A stretch of 64,000 nucleotides of DNA from Humibacter sp. GTDB lineage: Bacteria > Actinomycetota > Actinomycetes > Actinomycetales > Microbacteriaceae. Shown here in pieces: positions 51,150 to 59,714 of this stretch. Where the stretch lies: positions 21,768 through 85,767 of the forward strand of contig NZ_DASZVF010000067.1 in NCBI RefSeq assembly GCF_035547335.1, written 5' to 3'. The notes below the pieces were generated by a model that worked only from the letters and a program-made list of their open reading frames with translations, was not told where the DNA came from and made no database searches. The position numbers and the translations under genes were made by a program. Within the stretch, counting starts at the first letter, position 1, and each line of letters starts with the position of its first letter.

Positions 51150-51163
51150 CAACCTGTCAGCGT

Positions 51164-51733
51164 CTACTCCAGAACGCTGACCACCTTCTCGGCGTCGATC
51201 AGCTTCGGCGCGCCGTCGCCCTTGCCCTCGGCGCGCGGCGGCTTGCCTCCGACATAGAGCCATCCCAGCAGGCGCTCGTTCTCCTCCAGACCGTGCGTGC
51301 GGGCCACCGGATCGGAGCGCGTGTAGTGGCCGGTGCGCCACATCACACCCCAGCCGGCCTCGTCGAGAAGCAGGCTCAGCATGTGGGCCACACCGGATGC
51401 CACGGCATCCTGCTCCCATGCCGGCACCTTCTCGCTCTTCCGCCTGCTCGCGACGATGGCGATGAGCAGCGGAGCACGCAGGGGTTTCGTCGACGGCTCC
51501 GCCTTGCCTTCCGCCTCGGCGATGGCCTCGCCCAGCCGCACGCGCGCGTCTCCACGGAGCTCGATGAGCCGCCACGGCCGCAAGGAGCTGTGGTCGGCCA
51601 CGCGAGCGGCAGCGGCGACGAGGCCGAGCACCTGCTCGTGCGTCGGCGCGTCATCCGTCACCTTCGACCGCGATCGCCGGGCGGCGATCGCGTCGCGGGC
51701 ACTCGTGTTAGGCGCCTGCCTGCTCATCGGCAA
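51164..51733 (-). CDS. nitroreductase-family protein
   Basis: 189 aa. RRSRSKVTDDAPTHEQ...HSSLRPWR pattern of NfsA/B-like nitroreductase folds. Confidence 0.8.
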   Translation of the reverse strand: MPMSRQAPNTSARDAIAARRSRSKVTDDAPTHEQVLGLVAAAARVADHSSLRPWRLIELRGDARVRLGEAIAEAEGKAEPSTKPLRAPLLIAIVASRRKSEKVPAWEQDAVASGVAHMLSLLLDEAGWGVMWRTGHYTRSDPVARTHGLEENERLLGWLYVGGKPPRAEGKGDGAPKLIDAEKVVSVLE

Positions 51734-52127
51734 CGGGAGTGAAGCCCAGCGAGAGTGAGTTCATGCAGTACCGGTCGCCTGTCGGCGTGCCGAACCCGTC
51801 GGGGAAGACGTGACCGAGGTGCGAGCCGCAGTTCGCGCACCGGACTTCCGTGCGCACCATGCCGAGAGAGGTGTCCTCGAGAAGCTCGACCGCCTCGGGC
51901 CGCACGGACTCATAGAAGCTCGGCCAGCCGCATCCGGAGTCGAACTTGGTGCCGCTCTTGAAAAGCTCGGCACCGCACGCCGCGCACGTGTAGATGCCCG
52001 CCCGGCTCTCGTCGAGCAGCTCGCCGCTCCACGGACGTTCGGTCGCCGCCTCGCGCAGCACGGCATACTGCTCCCCGGAGAGCTCCTCGCGCCACTGGTC
52101 GTTCGACTTGGAGACCGCGTACGTCAT
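51708..52127 (-). CDS. msrB: peptide-methionine (R)-S-oxide reductase
   Basis: Two CxxC pairs (CAACGAELF; CANCGSHLGHVF) and GCGWPSF. Start at the in-frame ATG 52127. Confidence 0.92.
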   Translation of the reverse strand: MTYAVSKSNDQWREELSGEQYAVLREAATERPWSGELLDESRAGIYTCAACGAELFKSGTKFDSGCGWPSFYESVRPEAVELLEDTSLGMVRTEVRCANCGSHLGHVFPDGFGTPTGDRYCMNSLSLGFTPVADEQAGA

Positions 52128-52300
52128 AGCTGTCCATCCTTTCCCGGCAGCAGGCATCCATCGGTTGCGCCGCTGCGCACACCAAGGGTAACGACCGAAC
52201 CCCGGCGACTGTTCCGCATGTCGGAGTGCTACGGCATGGCACGGCGGCGCGCACAAGCGGCGACCCTACAATGACCCTCGTCGGCGGGAGGTGATGCGCG

Positions 52301-52615
52301 GTGGGTGAACCCGAGCATGCGCGCGAAGGAGCCTCGGACGAAGCGGATGCCGTCAGCGACGCGGGTGCAGAGTTCTCCGACCGCGACCGTGCCATCCTCG
52401 AGTTCGAGCGACGTTGGTGGAAGCACGCCGGCGCCAAGGAGCAGGCGATCCGCGATCAGTTCGGTCTTTCCGCGGCCAGGTACTATCAAGTGCTCGGCCG
52501 CGTGATCGAGTCACCGGCGGCGCTTGTGCATGACCCGATGCTGGTGCGTCGACTGCAACGCGTTCGCGCCGCGCGACTCAGGGCGCGGGAGGACGGCCTG
52601 CGTCTGCCCCGCTGA
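52301..52615 (+). CDS. DUF3263-type small protein
   Basis: SDRDRAILEFERRWWKHAGAKEQAIRDQFGLSAARYYQVL is characteristic of actinobacterial DUF3263 proteins. Confidence 0.7.
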   Translation: MGEPEHAREGASDEADAVSDAGAEFSDRDRAILEFERRWWKHAGAKEQAIRDQFGLSAARYYQVLGRVIESPAALVHDPMLVRRLQRVRAARLRAREDGLRLPR

Positions 52616-52689
52616 CCACGAGCCGTTCGAATCACCCGACGACCCGCCCGTTTCGACGCCGCCCGACCTCAAGGATCCGTACCCCGCCC

Positions 52690-53253
52690 ATGGCCGCGAA
52701 GTTCCCGACCGATCGCTTCGATCAGGTCCCCGATGACCTGGATCGCATCGGCGCGCACCGAGCACCGCGGCCGAAGGGATACGGCTGGATCTGGGTGGCG
52801 TGGTGCGCCGTCGCCGTCGTGGTCATCGTCGGTCTCGGTGCGCTCGGCATCTTCGCGATCAACGGCACGCTCAACGTGAAGCTGCCGTTCGCGAGCGGAT
52901 CGGCATCCTCGTCTCCGACTTCCACTCCCACGCCGACGCCGACCATCACGCCGGCGGTCAACCCGGCCCTGAACCTCATCGTGCTCAACGGAACGGACAG
53001 GACGGGCCTCGCAGCGGATGCCACGACGACGCTCAAGGCCGCGGGCTGGCAGAACATCACGCCGGCCAACGCGAGCTCGACGGACGTGAAGAAGACGACC
53101 GTCTACTACGGCGACCCGAAGAACAGAGCCGCAGCCCTCGCCGTGTCACAGGAGCTGGCCGGAGCGCCGATCCAGGAGACGCAGGACTTCGCGGCATCCG
53201 GTGCCGACATCACTGTCGTGCTTGGTCTGGATTACGTGCCGACGCACGAGTGA
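52690..53253 (+). CDS. LytR_C-domain membrane protein
   Basis: TM anchor, Ser/Thr/Pro linker, then VLNGTDRTGLAA...VYYG (LytR C-terminal domain pattern). Confidence 0.72.
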   Translation: MAAKFPTDRFDQVPDDLDRIGAHRAPRPKGYGWIWVAWCAVAVVVIVGLGALGIFAINGTLNVKLPFASGSASSSPTSTPTPTPTITPAVNPALNLIVLNGTDRTGLAADATTTLKAAGWQNITPANASSTDVKKTTVYYGDPKNRAAALAVSQELAGAPIQETQDFAASGADITVVLGLDYVPTHE

Positions 53254-53416
53254 CGAAACCCCGTGAACACCCGCGCGACACGCCGTCGATGCGGGCGTGA
53301 AGTAACCGATTGTCTCAATCTGGACACGCCTCTCGTCCTGGACTAGGCCGACCGCTACTATCGGGGTTCAACGTCCGCGACCATGCGGCGTTGCGTGAAG
53401 GCAATGGGAGTAACAG

Positions 53417-53620
53417 ATGGCGAACGGAACCGTCAAATGGTTCAACGCTGAGAAGGGCTACGGCTTCATCACCGTCGACGGTGGGGGACAGGACGTTTTC
53501 GTTCACTACTCCGCCATCGACATGAACGGCTACAAGGTCCTTGAAGAGGGTCAGCAGGTGACTTTCGAGGTCGGCACCGGATCCAAGGGTCCGCAGGCGG
53601 AATCGGTGCGTCCCGCCTGA
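53417..53620 (+). CDS. cspA: cold-shock protein
   Basis: [15 protein letters not shown]...VFVHYSAI (RNP1/RNP2 motifs), 67 aa. About 160 nt of lower-GC leader. Confidence 0.95.
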   Translation: MANGTVKWFNAEKGYGFITVDGGGQDVFVHYSAIDMNGYKVLEEGQQVTFEVGTGSKGPQAESVRPA

Positions 53621-53641
53621 CGACCGCGAACATGGATAGTG

Positions 53642-53676
53642 GAGGGGGTGCCGATCTCGGCGCCCCCTCTTTCTGT
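53642..53676 (+). terminator. intrinsic terminator of cspA
   Basis: GAGGGGGTGCCG-loop-CGGCGCCCCCTC stem (about 12 bp, one G-U) followed by TTTCTGTGT. Confidence 0.7.
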
Positions 53677-53777
53677 GTGCTGCCTCTTCTTGCTCGCGCC
53701 TCATCGTCGCTCTGTGCCGCGCTGTGTTGCTGACCTCCGGTCGTCACCATCGCATTCCCGTCGCGCCCCTGCTCCCC

Positions 53778-53861
53778 CGACAAACGGCGCCGTTCCCCCG
53801 ACCAACGGCGCCGTTCCCTCGACCAACGGCGCCGTTCCCTCGACCGACGGTGGGCCGCCCT
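53778..53861. repeat. tandem 21-bp repeat (3 good plus 1-2 decayed units), each good unit containing the perfect palindrome AACGGCGCCGTT
   Basis: Palindromes at 53783-53794, 53804-53815 and 53825-53836 (exact 21-bp spacing). Units 2 and 3 are identical. Confidence 0.85.
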
Positions 53862-53893
53862 CGATCAAGGGTGTTGTGCCGGAGTTGTCCCAC

Positions 53894-53910
53894 ACCTAGA
53901 CTTCCTAGGT
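53894..53910. promoter_or_regulatory. inverted repeat ACCTAG-N5-CTAGGT abutting the padR ATG, overlapping a TAGACT -10-like hexamer
   Basis: Read directly. There is no Shine-Dalgarno between it and ATG 53911. Confidence 0.35.
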
Positions 53911-54234
53911 ATGGGACACGATCGGATTCGGGGCAACCTCGACCTTCTGCTCCTCGGCGTGCTGAGTGCCGGGCCGGCGCACGGATACAACGTGATCGCT
54001 GCGCTCAAGGCCCGCAGCGGCGAGGAGTTCGACCTCGCTGAGGGCACCGTCTATCCCGCTCTGCACGGGCTGGAATCGAGAGGGCTCGTGGAGAGCTCCT
54101 GGCAGGCGATCGACGGAAGGCGAAGGCGCGTCTATCGGCTGAGCGACGCGGGCGAGCGGGAACTGGCGCATCAGTCGACGCAGTGGAAGCGATTCTCGGC
54201 GGCCGTGGACAACGTGCTGGGGGTGCAAGCATGA
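53911..54234 (+). CDS. PadR-family transcriptional regulator
   Basis: LDLLLLGVLSAGPAHGYNVIAALKARSGEEFDLAEGTVYPALHGLESRGLVES is the canonical PadR wHTH. Confidence 0.9.
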   Translation: MGHDRIRGNLDLLLLGVLSAGPAHGYNVIAALKARSGEEFDLAEGTVYPALHGLESRGLVESSWQAIDGRRRRVYRLSDAGERELAHQSTQWKRFSAAVDNVLGVQA

Positions 54235-55022
54235 GCGGCGGCGACCGCATCGACGAGTATCTCGACGCGCTGTTCGCTCGGCTGCACGGGCGGTCTGCCG
54301 AGTCCAGGAGCATGCTGGTGGAGGCCGAGGCGCATCTCCGTGACGCGGCTGCCGCATCCGTCGCCGCCGGCATGCCGGAGGATGCCGCCCAGGAGGCCGC
54401 CATCGCGGCGTTCGGGTCGCCGGCGCAGGTGGCGAAGGCCGCCGAGGGCCGAACGGTGGGCGAGCTCGTCCTGGCCTTGACGAGGGCGGCCGTGACGTTG
54501 TGCGCAGCAGGCTTCGCGGCGATCGCACTGGCGACCATCCTGGCGCGCGTGGTGTCGTTCCTCACCTCGACCGCGTGGGTCTACGGTGCGCCCGGAACAG
54601 ATCGCTTCACTGCTGAGCAGTGCGCGCACTGGCTCGCTGTGCAGCCGGGCGCGGCTACCTGCAAGACCGCAGCCACCCTGGAGGCGTCGGACGACTCCTT
54701 CCTGTTCTCTCTCGCCGCGGCCGTCGGCGGCCTCGTGCTGATCGGGCTCGTCGCCGTCGTGCTCCTGCTCGTGCGTCGATTCGGCAGGACGCCCCGTCGC
54801 AGGGTGCCTCCCATCGTCGTGTCCGCGATCGGCGCCACGGCGTTCGGCGGCGCCGGTGCCGCGCTCCTGGCGGGCGGCGCGGCAGATGTCGCCTTGGGCG
54901 GCCAGTGGGGGCAGGGTCTCTGGTACACGCAAGGAGCGGTGGCGCTGGCGTTCGGCGTCTACTTCGCCGCCCGGCTGCTCGTCGCGACGTCGCACTCGCT
55001 CACGCCCGAGCGGGTGCGATGA
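54231..55022 (+). CDS. PadR-associated membrane protein (helical N-domain plus about 4 TM)
   Basis: MSGGDRIDEYLDALFARL... resembles the prefix domain commonly encoded after padR. ATGA overlap with padR. Confidence 0.65.
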   Translation: MSGGDRIDEYLDALFARLHGRSAESRSMLVEAEAHLRDAAAASVAAGMPEDAAQEAAIAAFGSPAQVAKAAEGRTVGELVLALTRAAVTLCAAGFAAIALATILARVVSFLTSTAWVYGAPGTDRFTAEQCAHWLAVQPGAATCKTAATLEASDDSFLFSLAAAVGGLVLIGLVAVVLLLVRRFGRTPRRRVPPIVVSAIGATAFGGAGAALLAGGAADVALGGQWGQGLWYTQGAVALAFGVYFAARLLVATSHSLTPERVR

Positions 55023-55396
55023 CGAGCATCCGACGTGGCAGCTGGATGCGCGTCGGCGCGGTTGTGCTCGCGGCAGCGTGCGGCGTCGCCCTCGGCTCGC
55101 TCAGCGCGCACGCGATCTTCTCGGGTTCCGCGCTCGTTCTGATCCCCTGGGCGATTGGATGCCTGCTCATCGGCTCCGTCGTCCGGCACGTGGTGACGGC
55201 GCTCGTCGCCAGCGCCGCCTTCGGTTTCGCGGTGTCGATCACGTTCCTCGTCGGCGGCTACGCGGGCGATGGCCCGCTCGCGGCCGCGCTCGGCATCTTC
55301 TGCGCACTCGCCGGCCTGGGCGCAGCGGGCGCGGCAGCGGTGGGGCTGGCGAGCAACCGCGTGGCCCGGCTGCTGACGAGGCGCAGGCACGCCTGA
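55019..55396 (+). CDS. small 4-TM membrane protein
   Basis: 125 aa, hydrophobic. ATGA overlap with the preceding gene. Confidence 0.55.
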   Translation: MTSIRRGSWMRVGAVVLAAACGVALGSLSAHAIFSGSALVLIPWAIGCLLIGSVVRHVVTALVASAAFGFAVSITFLVGGYAGDGPLAAALGIFCALAGLGAAGAAAVGLASNRVARLLTRRRHA

Positions 55397-55454
55397 GCCT
55401 CGCACCTCCCAGGCGCTCGCCTTGCACTCGCGAGGGTCGAGTGCCAGAATCCTT

Positions 55455-55481
55455 TTAGCACTCGCTTCAGCTGAGTGCTAA
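55455..55481. promoter_or_regulatory. CIRCE operator (HrcA binding site)
   Basis: TTAGCACTC-N9-GAGTGCTAA, a perfect match to the CIRCE consensus, 45 nt upstream of groEL. Confidence 0.92.
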
Positions 55482-55501
55482 ACGTTGATTCTTTCGCGTA
55501 A

Positions 55502-57145
<1,644 letters not shown>

Positions 57146-57214
57146 AAAGTCCGGACTTCTTCGAAGTCCGCCTCGGCCGAAGCGGTGATGCCGCGACGGC
57201 TTGCTCCACCAGCG

Positions 57215-57240
57215 GAAGGGCGCCCCTCGGGGCGCCCTTC
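57215..57240. terminator. GC-rich hairpin between convergent groEL and the WXG100 gene (bidirectional terminator candidate)
   Basis: GAAGGGCGCCCC-TC-GGGGCGCCCTTC followed by TTG. A second smaller stem lies at 57153-57169. Confidence 0.6.
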
Positions 57241-57252
57241 TTGCGTCATGGA

Positions 57253-57543
57253 TCACACCGCGAAGAGCTTCGCGTTGGTCAGCTCGACCTCTGCGTAGTG
57301 CTGCCCGGCCTGGCCGAGCGCCAGATTGATCGCAGCAAGCGACTCCTCGACTTGCTGCTGTGTGGCCCGCCAGCGGGTCACGACGCCTTGGAACGACTGC
57401 GACGCTTGTCCGCTCCACGTTCCCTCGAGCCCCGTGAGCTGCCCGAGCAGCCCAGCGACCTCGCTCTGGATGCGGCTCATCGAGCCGCGAACGGCCGCGG
57501 TCGTGGCGATCATCTGATCGCTGTCCACCCGATATGTCGTCAT
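57253..57543 (-). CDS. WXG100-family (Esx-like) type VII secretion substrate
   Basis: 96 aa helical hairpin with central W-S-G (LEGTWSGQAS) and a C-terminal YxxxE (HYAEVE). GGAGGAACC SD before ATG 57543. Confidence 0.85.
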   Translation of the reverse strand: MTTYRVDSDQMIATTAAVRGSMSRIQSEVAGLLGQLTGLEGTWSGQASQSFQGVVTRWRATQQQVEESLAAINLALGQAGQHYAEVELTNAKLFAV

Positions 57544-57774
57544 GGTTCCTCCTGTCGATGTTCTGTCGTGCCCTCGCACGCCGGCGCGAGTCGTGCCGAG
57601 GCACGTGCCCATGTGCGAGGCCGGTGCCCGCCGGATGCGCGGTGCCGGCCTTGTTCCGGTGACGACGCTACGGAGGTCCTGCCTACGGCCGAAGCGGCCA
57701 GACGCAGGTCGGGGACGACGCCTCGGCCGCAGCGGCAGGGGAGGAGGAGACCGTTCAGGATCGAGGAGAGTCGG

Positions 57775-57935
57775 GCTGATCGCGCTGACCGCGGTTGACT
57801 CCGGGAGCCGGGCTGAGCCCGGCCGACTCTGAGAGTCGGGCTGACCCCGGCGGACTCCGGGAGTCTTGCTGACCCCGGCGGACTCCGGGAGTCTTGCTGA
57901 CCTCGGTTGACCCTGGGAGCCGGGCTGACTCGGGG
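57775..57935. repeat. tandem 28-bp repeat array, about 5.5 copies, each unit with a GACTC-N3-GAGTC-type palindrome
   Basis: Units at 57784-57811, 57812-57839, 57840-57867, 57868-57895 (the last two identical) and 57896-57923, plus partial units at both ends. Confidence 0.85.
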
Positions 57936-57952
57936 AGCCTTGGGACGTCGGA

Positions 57953-59425
57953 CTAGGCGAGAAGCAGCGCGACGAGGGGCGCGGGAACGGCCCAGACATC
58001 CCCTTCCAGGTCGAGCACCGACTTCGTCGCCATGATGCCCCGGCCGTACTTGCCGTCGATGACGCGTGCCTCACCGCGCCAGCCGGTGTCGACCCATTTG
58101 CTCTCGATCGGCACCGTGGTGGCGTGCGCGCCGGCGAGCGGAACGCGCACGGGTGCGAAGTCCACCTCGTTGTTCGATTCCGTTCGCGCGTAGCCCACCG
58201 AGTCGTCGGAGAGCCACCGGCCCTCATCCAGCGCCTCGATCGCTCGGGCCAGCGTGATGCCGATCGCCGACTCCGTGAGGCGGGTGAAGTCCGGCGTCGG
58301 CAGGCCGGGGCTCACGATGGTCGGGATCCAGGCGAGCAGCGGATCGGACAGGTACAGCTTGTAGTGCGCGCCGACCACACGGTCGCCCTGCTCGCGCACC
58401 TGATTGCAGCGCAGCGCGGCGTGCGTGCTGATCAGGCGATCAACGCGTGCGGTGAAGGTGGGACGACTGGAGTATCCGAGATCCTGCGCCGTCGTCGTGA
58501 GGTTGATCGGACTGCTCATGCGGTCGCTGATGCCGCGCAACAGGGTCGTCGTGGTGTTCGTGGGGGCATCCGGGTCGACATCGCGGCGGAGCCATGCGTG
58601 CAGGTCGCGGGCGTACCCGTCCGAGACGGCGCCGGCGCGCGTGTGCTCGAAGACCGCACGCGGGAAGCCGCCGCACGTGAGGTAGTCCTGCCAGGCGAGA
58701 TCGAGGTCGTCCACGACGAACTGCACCTCGTCGAGCGCGGCGCGGACGTGCTCGCTCTGCAGCTCGGCAGGGTTCACCACGGGCACGACGGGCAGGCCCG
58801 GATACGCCGCGGTGAGAAAATCCCGGAACGTCATGGGCAGTAGCTGCCTGATGCGGTGCGAGCCGCTGGATCCGGCGCGACCGGCGAGCAGATTGCCCTG
58901 GATGTCTTCGGACTGCGCCCACCTGCTGCCGGTGACCACGACGGTGTCGTCCCCGAACGCGGTGGTGTCCCTGGCCAGCTTGAGGACGCTGGTCCAGCCG
59001 CTGACCATGCTGATCTCGTCGAACAGCCAGACCCGAGGTCGCGGCTTGGGCTGATCCACAGAGCGCGTGAGCATCCGGGCGAGCGTCAGCGTGCGGGTCA
59101 CGTCGCGGCTGCGCATCGTGTCGCACGGCACGTAGACGACCTGTCTCGGGTCGAGCCCGGGCAGCGTGCAGAGGTTCGCGGCGGCATCCAGGAGCGCCAC
59201 CGACTTGCCGATGCGGCGCGGCCCGGTCAGAACGACGAGCCGGCCGTCCGGCTCGGTGCTGGCGACGTCGTCGAGGATGCCTGCACGGTAGCCGAGCTCG
59301 TAGCGCGTGCGCTCGCGCAGCGTGCGATTGCCGGCCACCCATGCGGTCGGATCGGCGCCGCGTGCGGCGGCCGTCCACCACGGGTTGCTCTCGGTCAGCA
59401 GTCGCCTGAGCTCGTCGTCGCGCAT
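57953..59425 (-). CDS. AAA ATPase of the COG1373 (AAA_14 + DUF4143) type
   Basis: NPWW N-terminal motif, Walker A LTGPRRIGKS, Walker B VWLFDEI. Start at the in-frame ATG 59425. Confidence 0.8.
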   Translation of the reverse strand: MRDDELRRLLTESNPWWTAAARGADPTAWVAGNRTLRERTRYELGYRAGILDDVASTEPDGRLVVLTGPRRIGKSVALLDAAANLCTLPGLDPRQVVYVPCDTMRSRDVTRTLTLARMLTRSVDQPKPRPRVWLFDEISMVSGWTSVLKLARDTTAFGDDTVVVTGSRWAQSEDIQGNLLAGRAGSSGSHRIRQLLPMTFRDFLTAAYPGLPVVPVVNPAELQSEHVRAALDEVQFVVDDLDLAWQDYLTCGGFPRAVFEHTRAGAVSDGYARDLHAWLRRDVDPDAPTNTTTTLLRGISDRMSSPINLTTTAQDLGYSSRPTFTARVDRLISTHAALRCNQVREQGDRVVGAHYKLYLSDPLLAWIPTIVSPGLPTPDFTRLTESAIGITLARAIEALDEGRWLSDDSVGYARTESNNEVDFAPVRVPLAGAHATTVPIESKWVDTGWRGEARVIDGKYGRGIMATKSVLDLEGDVWAVPAPLVALLLA

Positions 59426-59476
59426 CGCGTCACGGTAGCGCTCTCCTCGCGCCACCGTGCGGCGAACCGCCGTGCT

Positions 59477-59612
59477 CTTGCCAGAAGGAGAGCAGTCTGG
59501 GCCTGTGCGGCTTGCCAAAGAGGGAGTAGTGTCGCGGGCCCAACCTTGCCAGAACCCGGGCGGTATCGGTTCGTTGTGCTTGCCAAAGCGGGAGGTGTCG
59601 CCCCTTCGGCGA
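59477..59612. repeat. four CTTGCCARA motifs at exact 34-bp spacing (degenerate 34-bp tandem repeat)
   Basis: Motif starts at 59477, 59511, 59545 and 59579. Units 2 and 4 share CTTGCCAAAG.GGGAG..GTGTCGC. Confidence 0.7.
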
Positions 59613-59714
59613 GGCGGCTGGCGTCTGCTGGACAGGTTTGCCGGCGCGGAGAGGGTGCCGCGCCGTCCGTTTCGCGGACGCTGCAGCCACGCCGCCGCTA
59701 GCGCACGCGGAGTG

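Noticed and set aside
53639-53899. ORF encoding a PTNGAVP heptad repeat (and the antisense ORF 53701-53895).
   Set aside because: The repeat is the translation of the 21-bp palindrome array. The rest of the ORF has no SD and an implausible composition, and it starts inside the cspA terminator. A non-coding origin is more parsimonious.
57775-57935. Possible CRISPR array (28-nt repeats).
   Set aside because: The units are directly adjacent with no unique spacers, the copies are degenerate, and no cas genes or leader are present.
59477-59612. Sigma-54-type promoter (TGGCA on the minus strand of the CTTGCCA motifs).
   Set aside because: There is no TTGC element at the required 4-5 nt spacing, and Actinomycetota are not known to use sigma-54.
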